The notes below the pieces were generated by a model that did no database searches, had not been told where the DNA came from, and worked only from the letters and a program-made list of their open reading frames with translations. A stretch of DNA of 64,000 nucleotides from Vicugna vicugna (Eukaryota), in the NCBI GenBank assembly GCA_013265495.1, contig MU058065.1, forward strand, positions 8,783,819 to 8,847,818, in the 5' to 3' direction. Positions 1 to 12,539 of this stretch are shown piece after piece. The first letter of the stretch is position 1; each line of letters opens with the position of its first letter. The position numbers and the translations under genes are program-made.

Positions 1-1029
1 AAGGTGGTCCCTATGAAACACAATCCCTACTCAATTTTCATCTTGGATACAGAATACTTGTGCTGTACATTTCATAGCCACTCTCCTTCCCTGCTACTCG
101 CTGGGAAAGGTCACATTGATGTCCACTCTATCATGTGAGAAAAAAAAAGTTCTCATTCTAAAAAAAAAATGGTTTCAAGTTTCAACTTGTGGTGAATTTT
201 TATGGTTGACTTACAAAGGTCTGAAGACTGAGGGGGAGCATGAGAGGTTTACAATGGAAACGCTGACTGCTTTCTGATTTACCGGTGCTGACAAGCATCT
301 ACTTCACTTAAATCTCACAGATGTAAACATGAATCTTGCACTTCTGGGTTTCTTGTGGGGTTATCGATGAGGAAGACAGCAAATGTGCTGACTTCACTGG
401 AAATTCCCTTGTAAAAAGACCCTTACTAACATTTTGAAAATTGAATCTCCCAGTCCTGATAATGCTCACTGACCAACCAAATAATGCATTCCTGACAAAT
501 GTAACCTGTGAGAACGAAGAGAAAAGACTCTTCTCCCTTAACCACATGGCCTGTGTACCAGCTGGCGCTTCTCAAGCATTTGTTTGGGATTTAAGAGGAA
601 GAGTCCAATCGTGACCAGGGCACAGCAAAGGCCTCTACACAGGGCCCGGTGTTCCCAAATGTTTCCTGCCTTTAGACAACATTTCTTGGAAACTTTAGAA
701 TGAAAAGCTTCCATTATTTTGCTCTTCCAGGAAATGATTCACAGTATTTCCAAAACCAACAGAATCTCTCATACAGCAGAATATTTGAATTCCCAAAGCA
801 GGAATTGCTCTTTGCAGACCTCCACGATCTCCTTGTTCATTAGGTTTATGTCTATTAGTCTCTTATTTGCTGATGAATCTTGCAATTTGGTCCCAAATAA
901 AACAGAGTTGAAATTTTTTAGTGTTAATTTTTTTTTTTAATTAAAAAGATTTCTTCCAGTTTCCTTAAAGCACATTCAGGATCCTGGTTCTGTCTTCCAG
1001 GACAGGGATCTGACGGTAGTGCAGAGGAG

Positions 1030-1262
1030 ACATGTGGGGTAGTGGAAAGAATGTTAGAGATCACATTCATCAGATCTCAGGCCCTCGTCTGTGACTTACT
1101 GGCAGGAGAACACTGGGCTCATCCTGTAACCCCTGGGCCTCAATTTCCTCAATTATAAGAATTGTAACACTGCCTGCTGAAGTTTTAAAAAAAATCAGAA
1201 GACCTAATATTTGTAAAAGAGATGTGTAAACAAAGATGTCAAGCAAAATGATGTCCGATTAT
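1030..1262 (+). mobile_element. MIR SINE (decayed)
   Basis: gtggggtagtggaaaga 5' end, core ctgggcctcaatttcctcaattataa, tail taatatttgtaaaag. Confidence 0.7.
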
Positions 1263-1689
1263 CACTGTAAGTGTAATTACTTGGAAATGGGGCTCTTTCT
1301 TACTCATTCAAAGTATGGGATGCCACCCCTGTCTGCCAGTAAGGCAGATTCCTTTGTCCTGGGCAAAGCATTCTAATGCAGAATGCCTCTAAGTGGCTAA
1401 TGGTGTTGGTAACAGGATTTAGGCATACGTGGGCACCTGATCAGTAAAGCTCCCCACACAATTCTCTGGAGAAAAGTCGAGGCTGTCCTGAGGGCCTCTG
1501 GTGCCAAGATGCTTTAGAAACATTCTGCTCTACATGCCCTTATAGCTTGTCTTATATACCCATTATTACTTGTTATTGCTTGAATTTAGACCCCTGGGTA
1601 CTCAAATTTCTGCTATTAGAATTCCAACACCTTCAAAGTGTTTGGATCCCATTAGAAAAGAAGGAATAGTGCCATTTATACAACCAATA

Positions 1690-2598
1690 GCACTCAGTTC
1701 GTCTGCCCTCTGAGGTGGAAGCTGAGGGGTGCTGGCTACATAGGACAGAACACTCACTGACTCAGCTTTCTGGGAGGTTGCCTATGGAGGGCTCAATACT
1801 TTCCTTCTTTCCTTCCTTCCTTCCCTTAGAATTGCTCTCAGCTGAAGGGAGCTTACAATGCCTGATCAATATTGGGAGAGGAAAATCTGGCCCCAGGGCT
1901 CAATTTAGGACAGATCTGAAGGGCCATCCAGCTTCGGAGCTTTCTGTGGGATTGGCTGAGGGCTTTGATGAGGCAACTGCTTAATGGTTTAACTTTTACC
2001 TCTGCCCAGTCCTGCTTCCCTTTCTTCCACGTAGGTGATGCTCCACCTGTGCAGAAAAGAGCTGGCATAGCAGTCTGAGACGGCTATCCTTCAAAACACC
2101 TGCTTACAATTTTGGCCCTTGACTGGTATCTGGGAACTTGGGTATCAGTAGGATTTATACCATTCCCAGAACTGACAAGAGCAGCTCATTCTGCCCAAAC
2201 TGTTTGTAAGAACAATGTGGTTTATGCTAAAAATCTGTTTTCCTTCTGGGAGTCTGGAGGTTTGGTATGTGCTAGGCCAAGAGCACCTATGTGGCCAGCC
2301 ACCAATAGAAACCCTGGGCACTGAGTCTCTAAGGAGCTTCCCCGGAAGGGAACACTGTATGTGTGTTGCCTCACAAGTCCCGGGTAACTCCACTGGGAGA
2401 AGACTCTTGCAAGCTTACACCTGATCTCCCCCAGGCTTCATCCCTTTGCTAATTTTCCTTTACATCCTTTTACTGTGATTAATTATATCTGTGAGTACAG
2501 TTGTATGCCGAGTCTTGTTAGTTCTCTAAGCAAATCACCAAACTCCCTAACCAACTTCCTGCATGCAAATCTCCATCATCTCAGAAAACCAGACCTGA
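1690..2598 (+). mobile_element. LTR16-family ERVL solo LTR, interrupted by MER68 (2048-2543)
   Basis: gaattgctctcagctgaaggga, tgaagggccatccagct, cctctgcccagtcctgcttcc; resumes at ~2542 with actccctaa..cttcctgcatgcaaatctccat. Confidence 0.7.
2048..2543 (+). mobile_element. MER68-like ERVL LTR (3' end truncated)
   Basis: Starts tgtgcagaaaagag; internal aacaatgtggtttatgct, ttccttctgggagtctgga, accctgggcactgagtctct match recalled MER68 consensus. Confidence 0.75.
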
Positions 2599-2629
2599 GT
2601 CTCTCCCCTCCTCACTGCTAACCCAGGAC

Positions 2630-3330
2630 CTATTTTTCCTTGAAGCTTGATTTCGGTCAGTGGTACCACCATTCTTCCAGTCTCCTAATCTTATCATTTC
2701 AGAATCAAAATTCTCCCATCCAGTTGGCTGACAGTTCCTTCTAAATATATCTCTATAACGTCTACTGAACGTGTGCTCTACGTTCTCACCACCATCACTG
2801 TTGTACTTTAGGCCACCATACTTTCCATCTGGACAATGCGTCAGTCCCCACACTGTTCTCTTCCCAGCCACACTGATACACAGTGCTGCCATGTTCTTCT
2901 TCCTAATGTAAATCTTGGAATAAGTGGGTTTCTAGCTTTAAAACCAGAATAATTTCAGTTTTTGCCTCATTGATTTCAGAATAATGTTAAACTTCTTAGC
3001 AAGGCATTCAAGGCCTCCATGAACTGGCCTCAGCCACTATGCCTGTCTGATTCTCTCCCACTCATTGTACTATACCTTTTAGCTGTATGGAACCTCACAC
3101 TGCTCACTGAAACAGTCTTGTATTTTGGCCTCCTTTTCCCTTGGTCTATGCTACTAATTCTCTCTCAAAAGGTCCCTCACCCATCTTCTTTTATCAAGAT
3201 TCTATTACCATTTTCAATGCCAAATTTCTTTTGAGAATCCTTCTCCGTAAAGCCTTCCCAATCTGTCTCCTCAAGGCAGAACTGAAGTTTCATCCTCTGC
3301 TCTTCTACAGCAAAAATAGATTACTGCATC
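2630..3330 (+). mobile_element. L2 LINE fragment
   Basis: cagtggtaccaccatt, ggccaccatactttccatctggac, cttagcaaggcattcaaggcctccatga. Confidence 0.65.
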
Positions 3331-3504
3331 GCTTACCTCCCTTTGATGTGTGTCTCTGAAAATAGTAAGGCTTCCCGTCCTTTCTCCTTTGACCTAGATC
3401 AATAGATTTGGCTATACAAGAGCAAGAGGAAATTCTTGAGCAAGAGTTTTTATTCCTTACGGGAGAGAAAATTATCCATAGTTTATAAGCTGTGTGCTCT
3501 GGAC

Positions 3505-3750
3505 CAGTGATCTCCAAAGTTCTAGATTATGTACCCCAAAACAAATTTGAACATGTATCTTTAAACCTATATTACTTATGTATATATTACATGTACATTA
3601 CACTGACATTTTCTGTACATCATAGAACATACACATAAATGTTCAAAGGATGCGATGAAAAATAGATGGAGAACATCTTAATATTTTCATCCCAGGCCCC
3701 AGTGAATCCCCTTACACTGAGGTGTGTACACCCCTTTCTCGAGAATCGTG
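3505..3750. mobile_element. hAT-Charlie non-autonomous DNA transposon
   Basis: Terminus cagtgatctccaaag with degenerate inverted end ..gagaatcgtg; left flank ctctggac resembles the hAT 8-bp target. Confidence 0.5.
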
Positions 3751-6069
3751 CTTCCTGCTCTCAGGACTATGTGCTTCATTTCCCCTTTGTGATCTCCCTG
3801 CCTCTAATCAAAAGACTTTTTCAGTTGTGCTATGAGCAAAGCTAGGAAATATTAACTTCATTTGTGACCAGAGTGCAAAAAGGTCATCTTTCTCAAGGGA
3901 AAGGTGAATTTCATGAGCAGTACAAGGTCCTGGTAGTTTAGCTGCCCCTTCAGCCAGAGATTCTCCAGAGGGAATCAGTCTTATTTTTATTAAAGAAAAC
4001 AGCATATTCAGATAGGCCCTAACTTTTGTTTTTATTATTGGATGGTTGTGTGTTCAAACCACACCTTCTGCGATCCTATATGATTAGAAAGATATTTCAA
4101 ATTCTGGGCTGGGCTGCGGGCAGGTTGAGGCAAAATATTTTTCCACTAGTGATGACAGATTCAGCTTATTATGCAGAACTTTAAGTGGCAGTGACCTTAA
4201 GTATATCAAGTCCTTGGCTTTCTCCTGCTGTCACAACAGACTCTTGAGCAATCCAAGCAGAAAAACAGGAGCACAAGAAATACATAAAGGGGGTGGTGGA
4301 TGGTGGCATAAAAATAACTATAGAAAGGTTTTCAGGAAATGTGGCCACATGCATATTAGCATCAAGCATAAACTTAAGAATATGATACAATATAAGACTA
4401 AGAAAGTAAGCATATTGCAAAAGAACATTTATATAATTTTGGATTAAATAAGATCAAATAAAGCCCAGGAAGACAGAAAATTGCTCTTGTACAATAAATC
4501 TTTGGGCTAGTATTCTGGAATACTTTCCCCACATAATTTTGATATGATTACGTTAAGATTACAATCAACTAGAAAACCTCCAATAAAATCTGAAGTTGTA
4601 ATTAAAAAAAAAAGATGACAATCAACTGAGACCTTTCTATTTACAAATTGTCTCCCTTCCTACTTCTGCAAATAAGCCTTACTGGAACTCACTACATCGA
4701 AAGTCATTAAACACATACAGATACCGCAATGACTCCAGAAAGGCAAGCTGAGCGTCATTAATTGCCGTTTCACACACATCCCCCACACCCCACACAACAG
4801 GTCAAAGATGAGCTGAGGTTCATATGCTGGCTCTGAGTATAATGTTTCATACGCAATCATCAGCCCACTACTAGGAAAGGACAGTTTGGGGTTTAAAGCA
4901 AAATGCACTTTTCCCTGGGGAAATTTTATTTCAATGAAAGTCAAAATAAATGGGGCAGAGAGGATATATATATATAACTAATTGCTTTCTTCTTCTCAGC
5001 CATGCTAGCATATTCTATGCGCCTACCCAGGTTCTCCAGGCATAAGCCTTTGCCTTGAATGCTACTCGTATGGCTCCAGGGGAGGTAGAGGTAAAGACAA
5101 AGGGGAGAAAGCCCTGATACCCTCTAACAGTCACTCCGGGGCATTATGAAGCAGACGCAGAGCATGAGGCTGCAGTTTGAGTCTGCTGTGTTGTGGCATT
5201 TTTGCATAGCAGAGCTTGCTTGCACATAAGCAAATGTGCATTGAGTTGTGCAGGTAATTAATATATGTGTATTTGCCTTTTCTGCAAGTATTTGAAGAAT
5301 TTAAGAGTGAAATATAACTCACTATTTTCTCCAATAGTTGACATTTCTGGAAATGCTACACGTATCTTGGAATGCAACTAGTCAGCTGATACAGAAAGAG
5401 TCTAAAAAGGAAGTGATTTTTATATCTCACTAGAGTTTTAGTGTCTATTTTAAGATCTTTTATTCTGTTGATTTTAGATCAAATAAGGAATGAAGAAAGC
5501 ACCTCATTTTTTCAATAGCTGGTGAGGCAAGAGAAGGGACATAACAAGATTTATAAGTTTTTCTCTAATTCTAGGGAAATAATAGTATTTGATATTTGTA
5601 ATTCAGGCTGGCTAGATAAATGAGTTAAACATACACTTTACAGGTGGTAATTTTCTAACAGGATGCAAAGCTGCTAATGATACCAAGTAAGAAAACATCA
5701 AAGAGACGTGTAGATTGTAACTAAGAGATAAGATTTCAACTAAGAGGGATCAGTGATACAGGAATGATTTTTAACACCGAGGTAAATTTTGAAGGAGGAG
5801 CCTCAGTCAGATAATCAGGACTTGCCAGTGGGTTTTAAGGGACCACTCAGTAGATCTGTAAGCCATTTACTGCTACTGCCTTTCTTTCTTTGTCCACCGT
5901 CTATCCTCAGTGCCCTCTCTCCATGCTTTAGGAAAAGACAGGACAACCTGGAATGACACATTTTCAAACACTCCTCATGGACCTAGACTGAACCCAACCT
6001 GCATTGTCTCCTTTCCCAGGGGATGTCAGGGCCTTTCAGAATAGATTCCTCTTCACATAAAATTCAATA

Positions 6070-6545
6070 TACTAATCTAGATTCAGTCAGGAAGGCAGAA
6101 ATCACGGTAGGTATTTCAAATATGAGGGATTTAAGACAAAGTATTGGAAGGGCTGCAAAAGGAGGAAGGAGTGATACACAGAGATTTGAAAGCTCTTGAT
6201 CCTTCTAGGTTGGCCCACATGAGCCAATTTCTGTCACTGGGCAGCTATGGATGCTGCCACCTCAGGGACTGGAATTGTCACAGTTGTCCCTCCATGGCTA
6301 GGGCTGTAATCAGCAAAGAGACTCTGCTGCTGCCTGGCTGATGGAGTCTGTCGCTGACCTGCCCCTCTGCTGCTAGGGTAGCTGCTGTTGAATTTAGAAG
6401 AACACTTCTTCCTTCTTCCAACCTTCTGATCTTTCCCAGTGCCTGCCATTGGCAGGTACTAACAGGAAGCCACTGGCAAGGAGTCTGAGAAATGTAATTT
6501 CCAGACCTCCAGACCCAAGCAACACAGAGCAGATTATAAGTATAA
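6070..6545 (-). mobile_element. LTR33-like ERVL solo LTR
   Basis: ttcagtcaggaaggcagaaatcac..gtatttcaaa; ccagtgcctgccattggc..aacaggaagcca..ggcaaggagtctgagaaatgtaattt. Confidence 0.6.
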
Positions 6546-7774
6546 AACTGGGGAAATTTTTTAGGTCATAGCATATATTGAAATTGGGATAAACTGGAGG
6601 AGATTTGGGTACCTCTATGTGGGACTTGGTAAAACCATCTAGCACATTTTATTTATGTTATAATTCTAAGAAAAAAGTACAATACAAAGTATAAGAGAAG
6701 ATACTAGATCTTGAATTTGTCTGAAATTTCCAAATAAAATATTTTGACATTTTAATGATAAACTTGAGCCTGTTTCCATAAACATGACTTATTTTATGTT
6801 GTGATTTATGTTTGAAATAGCTGCATATAATTCTTACCAGTGCTTTTCAATGAAGAGCTCTTCTCATTCTTGATAGTTGCTATTAATGTGAAACTTCACA
6901 AAGGGGTGATAGAAAGAGTAAAAACTTTTAAAAATAGCAATTCAAAAATTCACTGCTGTTGAAAATATTTTTAAAGACTAATAGCTCTTCTTTTTCTTCC
7001 TTGACAAACATAATGTTGACATTTCTTGTGATAATATGAATGGTTTTGAATTCTATCAAAAATTTTCAAATCCACTTAATGTGTTCCTATAATGCATTCA
7101 TTGTAGTGTAGTTATCCTGCAGCTAGCTTAGATGTCCCTAAAAACACACACTGGCTGCAAATGGATGGGAACATTGAATAAATATGAAAATAGAGATTTA
7201 GGGCTAATGCTGGATCAGGAGCTACACAGGTTAGAAGCTCCCATTTAAGCTCCCCAATCACATCCGTTCTGCAATTTGCGCACCCAGAGCACAAACTCCC
7301 CCAGCAGGACCATAGCCTCTTCATTCACGTTGAGTCTGTGTTGGTGTGCTCTAAGTGGCCTGCTGAAGGAGATGCCAGGTGGAAAAGCACCTCCTTGACT
7401 GCAATTCTTGTATCTGGACAGAGTGAAAATAAAGGACATTATTCTGCTTGCCACCTACAGGGACCTTGGGGCACACTGTCACACTCCACTCCACTAGGGG
7501 ATCAGTATCTAGAATACAGTAACATCCACTTGGGGCACACACATTGTGCTGTTCAAGGCCAGGAAGAACCACATGGTTTTGCTTGCTGAGGGTTTCAAAA
7601 GTTTACTTGAGTCTAGTTCTACTTGGAATTTCACTGATTTGTAAAAGCCTACACCTATCCCCAGTACACAGAGACATATACTGACAAAGGTGCTGAACAG
7701 ATTTCTGTGTCTTTGTAGCAGAACTTTGCATACAAATTTGAAACAAGAATGCTGGGAAACCGTGCTTTGGTTAG

Positions 7775-8347
7775 TGAGGCTGCAGCTCTGAGGTGGCTCC
7801 CCAGTATCTTTCCTCCTGGTATTCATGCCTGTGAGTGTGGGTTGGACCTAGTGATTTGCTTCTAATGAACAGAATCGACCAGTGATGAGATTAGGCACCA
7901 AGACAGTGCAACAAAAGGACACTGCTTACATCTTGCTTACCTTCTCTTGGTCTCTCACCTGCTCACTCTGATTGAAGCCAGTTTCCATGCTATGAACTGC
8001 TTTATAAGAAGGCCTTCATGGCAAGGAACTGAGAGCAGTCTCCAGCCAACAGCCAGAGAAAAACTGAGGCCCTTAGTCCCACAGCCTGGAAGAACTGAAT
8101 CCTGCAAATAATCACGTGTGTGAGTTTGGAAGCAGATCTTCCCCAGCTGAACCTTAAAATGACTATCGTTTATTACTTTGCATCCCCAATCAACACCTTG
8201 ATTGTAGCTCTGTAGGAAACCCCGAGCCAGGGGACCTTAGCTAAGCTGTACCCAGATTACTAACCAGAAAAATAATGAGATAATATTTGCTGCTTTAAGT
8301 TGCTCAGTTTTGAGCTAATCTGTTCCTCAGCAATAGATAACTAATAC
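7775..8347 (+). mobile_element. MLT1F-like MaLR solo LTR
   Basis: ctcctggtattcatgcc, ggcaaggaactgag, ccagccaacagccag, gaactgaatcctgc, 3' end cagcaatagataactaatac. Confidence 0.8.
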
Positions 8348-8739
8348 CATCATTTATCTTCAGTGGGCAGAATGAAATTCATAAAGAATTTTGATGGCCT
8401 TTCACAGTATACCAGGAGCTCACTAATTGTACAAATAATGAGATCATTCAAAGAATGCCAACTTTTGAAAGTTAGGAAGGAAATCAGCCATAACTCTTAC
8501 TGAGTCATGCTTCTTCTGTTTCCTTCAAAGGTTTAGGATTGTGTTTGATAATTCATAAATATAAATGCCTTGCAATGACTTGGTGACAAATAACCAAACA
8601 AATGCAGTGTTTAAAAAGACACAGAAACTTCACATTGGTTCACTGCAAAAAAGATAGCTGGATTTTATATCAGAATATTCTCTAATTGAAAAGGAGCTAA
8701 TAATTTTAAAATATAGTTTAAGGCATTTGCTTAAACTTG

Positions 8740-9160
8740 CTTAAATCAAAACAAAAGAAATAAATTTATTATTAAAACTCTGGAAAATACAGAAGAGCCC
8801 AAAAAAGAAAATTAAAATTTCCAACTATCCCACCTCCTAGAGATAATCATTACTAAGATTTTGGTGTGTATTTCCAGTCATTTTTTTTCCTGTATGTGTG
8901 TGTGTGTGTGTGTATGTGTATGAATGAAACATCTTTGTAACACATATAATATACATTTATAACACTTTTTTTTGAAAATAGGATTATACTGCATATTTTG
9001 TTTTGGAAGCTGATTTATGTCACTTAATATGAAATGTGTTATTAAATGTTTTTCTCCAAATTTCTATGACTACATAATATTCCACTGTATGAATGGACTA
9101 TGATTTATTTAACTGCTTCTATTGTTATAGTCCATTCATTTTTGTATATTATGAAAGTGA
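8740..9160 (-). mobile_element. Old L1 (L1ME-type) 3' fragment with internal (TG)n
   Basis: ggaaaatacagaag..cccacc..agagataa; tacataatattccactgtatgaat; (TG)n at ~8893-8920. Confidence 0.6.
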
Positions 9161-9261
9161 GAAAGAGACTATGTAGTTCTTTTTTTCCTTATTGCTCATG
9201 GGTCAAAAATAAATAGAGGGATGACTAAGTTGTAGTTAGCTGTGAGAATTAACAAAAGTGT

Positions 9262-9750
9262 TCCATGACAGAGACTGCTTTTTACTCACTATCCCTTGCT
9301 ATATTCTCTTTCTCCTTCCCAGAACCCTGATTTTACTGGGGTAGCAATGATCCCAGCTTGAAAAAACAAAACAAAACAAAACCCCTTGATCTCCCATACA
9401 GTCGGAGTGCTGTGATCCAGCTCTAGGCAATGAGAAGTCAGCAGTGTGACGGGGAGGAACACCTAGGAGAGCACATTTTGCGGGGGAAGGGCAAAATCAG
9501 TCGGTAGGTGGACTTTTTCTCTTTGCTTTTCCCCTTGTTCCTGGTTGAAAAGGGTGAGGACCTGATGACTAGAGTTCTGGCAACCATCTCAAGAGCATAA
9601 AGATAAGAGTCTTATGTAAGGATAGCATGAAAGCCATTTCTCATATGATGATCAGCCCAGTGCCTAAGCGTATGGAATGGAATGGAGAACAGAATCATTC
9701 TCACTCTATAAACTGTTCTTTCCCTCTCTCATGTATAGCTAAATGTGCAT
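9262..9750 (+). mobile_element. MLT1J/K-like MaLR LTR
   Basis: agaaccctgatttt, ctaggcaatgaga, gatgactagagttctggcaaccatct. Confidence 0.55.
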
Positions 9751-10629
9751 AAGTTAAATGTACCTATACCCGCTTTGTATTTGTATCTGCCTTAATCTTT
9801 CTGACACTTCAGAAAGTCAACAGTTTCTACTGTATACCTGCATAAACAAAGACTTCTTTAAAAGTGTTAAAAATCCCCAAAGGCCAATGGTAATTTGTAT
9901 GGTGGACCTATGAGTTAAGGGTGCTTTTTTGTTTTGTATTTTTGTATTTTTTTTCATTTTATGTAGTATGTGTGCTCATGTGTACTGGGTAATGAAAGAT
10001 AGGAGGAGGGGAGAAGGGTTGCCTCACCAGTGGCCCTAGCCATCCCTGAACCCCTTAACTATCAGCTTAGATCCACTGAGTTTGACAGGTTAGTTCAACA
10101 GTGGTAACCTAATTTAGCCATTAGCTAGATTGCCCAGGTACATGCTGACCCCAAGGGTAACTGTAGGAGGTACAGAAAGTTATTTGAGCCTAAGATGACT
10201 GTTTAGGTGGGGCAAGAATAGTTCTTGAAGCATGAGACTGCAGAAAGATGACCCAGTCTTGGGCCAAAATTGGGATAGAGCCATGAAAATTTAGAACTCA
10301 AAGCCATCATTGAGAGGGTGCCTCCAACCCAGAGCTGAGTAAACTTTACCTGGAATCAAGGAATATAAAAATGTTAATAGGTTTTAGTTTTCCCCTTTCC
10401 AAATTGAAAATAGTTTTTCTAGGTCTCATGGAGAAATGTAAAGTCTTAGAACTTACATTACCCAATTCATTGAATTGAAAAACGTCAGTGAGAAACACTG
10501 CTTCTTAGCCACTATAATGCTAATATATGGGCATATTTATGAAGAAGCTCAATACAGGAAGATTTATAATTTTTCATCTTGAAATCATATTTCAGGCTGT
10601 ATTGCAAAGGTAGGTGATGGTTCCTGGAT

Positions 10630-10775
10630 AGGGACTGATTATCATTGATCATCACCATTTTACAAGTGGGAAAGGTATAGAGATGTACCTGCAGACACAG
10701 TGCTGAGGATGTCTCTAGGACTGGAAGCCACGTTTCTGGACTCCCAATTCAAGGCTTCTCTGAACCATTTCAGGA
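10630..10775 (-). mobile_element. MIR fragment
   Basis: ccattttacaagtgggaaa..ggactggaagccac..tctggactccca. Confidence 0.55.
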
Positions 10776-10829
10776 ACTTTACTCAAAACCATTTCTTGAT
10801 TTTATCAACTTTTGTTGTCGGAAGTGGCT

Positions 10830-11240
10830 GAGAATTTTTTTAAATCATCAGTTCAACAGTCCTTCTCTCAATTTATCTCTGTCCTTTCACATTTTACTAT
10901 AAGCAGACTGTATCTTTAACACTTTGCTTGGAAAGCTTCTTAGCTAGATCATCAAGTTCATTAAGCATATTCTCTGCTTTCCACATAACTGAAGACAACA
11001 GGGTGGCTAAGATTTCTGCCACTACATAACAGGTTCTCCCTTCCTCCAGCGTTCCTCACTTCCCTCTGAGTCTTCACCACTGCATTCTCAAAGTTCAGAT
11101 TTCTAGTAACAGTCTATTCAAAGCAATTTAGGTTTTCTCTAATATGCTTCTCAAAATCCTTCTAGCCTCCACCCACTGCTTGGCTCCAAGTCACTCCCAC
11201 ACTGTTAGGCATGTGTTGTGGCAGCATACCACACTCAGCA
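10830..11240 (-). mobile_element. MLT1 (MaLR) internal sequence, 5' part
   Basis: aacactttgcttggaaa..tagctagatcatcaagttca, ttctagcctccacccactg..ctccaagtcactcccac..tgtggcagca typical of MaLR-int next to the LTR. Confidence 0.6.
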
Positions 11241-11800
11241 CAGGGTTCAGTCAGAGAGGAAGAACCACTCGGATGCATATATGGATGCATGTATATATAC
11301 ACAGGGATTTGATCTTCCTGAGTTGTGGATGCTGGGTAAGCAGTCTCTCAAGCCTGTTGTGTTCACACTGAACCTGGAGCTTGTAGCCTAACCGTCAAGC
11401 AGAGTCTGGAACGGATAATGGAGATCAACAACAAGCCAAAACCCAAAAGCATGAGGTTTGAGCCCCATGAAGACAGACAAACTCCTGCCAGTTCTTATTG
11501 CCTCTAACCTCGGCTGTGTGAATATCCTGCAGAAGCCGAGGCTCACTGTCACAGAAATAAACCCTCACACCTGGCCCAGGAATCAGCTGCTGAAGGAGGC
11601 GCCAAGGGAAGACAGAGCAGCTGCTGCCTCACACCAGTGAAGTGAGTCAGCAGTTCAGCAGCAAGGTGTGAGAGCTACAAAATGGCTGGAGCTCTCTAGA
11701 TCGCCCACAGAAATCTTCCTGTGGCCTGCCCCAGATGGAAACATACAGAAAAGGGAATTATGGGGAAAGTAGCTCAGACTGGTTAAATTGACTGATTCTA
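11241..11800 (-). mobile_element. LTR41/MLT2-like ERVL solo LTR
   Basis: cagggttcagtcagagaggaagaaccac..; end ggaaacatacagaaaagggaattatggggaaagtagctcag..aaattgac. Confidence 0.6.
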
Positions 11801-11814
11801 AGTTACCAGAATCC

Positions 11815-12047
11815 ATTGTATCTGCAGTCCAGCCAGGGAGAAGGAGGAAGGAAAAGAAAAAAAAGCTCGCTTTCCTCCACTTGAAGACACTGCATCAAAT
11901 GGCTACCTGGCTCCAATGGGCTAAAACCTAGTCAGGGAGGTGGGAAATGTAGGCTTCACTCCAGGTCATGGGCTGAGGCCTTCTGTTCCTGGGGAAGGAA
12001 GAAGGATGAATACAGAAGACAACACAACTCACATTTTCGGCCACAAC
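11815..12047 (-). mobile_element. MLT1 LTR fragment (likely partner of MLT1-int at 10.8-11.2 kb)
   Basis: aaaacctagtca..gggaggtgggaaatgtagg..ttctgtt..ggaagaagga..ggccaca. Confidence 0.5.
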
Positions 12048-12049
12048 AC

Positions 12050-12340
12050 ATTTGGCTCTGCCTAGAATGTCTTTTCTTCCTCCTCTGCTTGGCAAACCCT
12101 CGTTCACCCCTGTAGGCTTAGCTCAATTATCATTCTTCCTGCAAAGCCTTCACTCTGTTTTCCCATTGGGTTTTATAAGGCACTCCATCTTGGCACTTTC
12201 TCATTTATTCATTTAGCAAGTTTTAAGTCCTTCCATATGTCAGGCATTATTCTGGGAACTGGGGATTTAGCAGTGACCAAAACAAAGTCCTTTCCTTTGC
12301 AAAGCTTATTGCATCATAATTATTTAGTAAACTTTCTCCT
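12050..12340. mobile_element. L2 fragments (both orientations)
   Basis: ctctgcctagaatg..cttagctcaa (+); tcatttattcattt..tatgtcaggcatt..ggggatttagcagtgac (-). Confidence 0.55.
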
Positions 12341-12539
12341 CTAGCACTGCCTCAAATTAAGACAAGAAGATTAAGATTCATGGATAACGTCAAGCATTTT
12401 TATTCCCAAATAAATGTATAAATTTGTTATCCAGAACTAAAGTTAAATAATTGGGTAAGGCTTCTAAAGTACTTCATATTCTTTCCTATTAATCACAAAG
12501 GTATTATTTGTAATTTATAAATCATGTCTCTTTTAGGAA

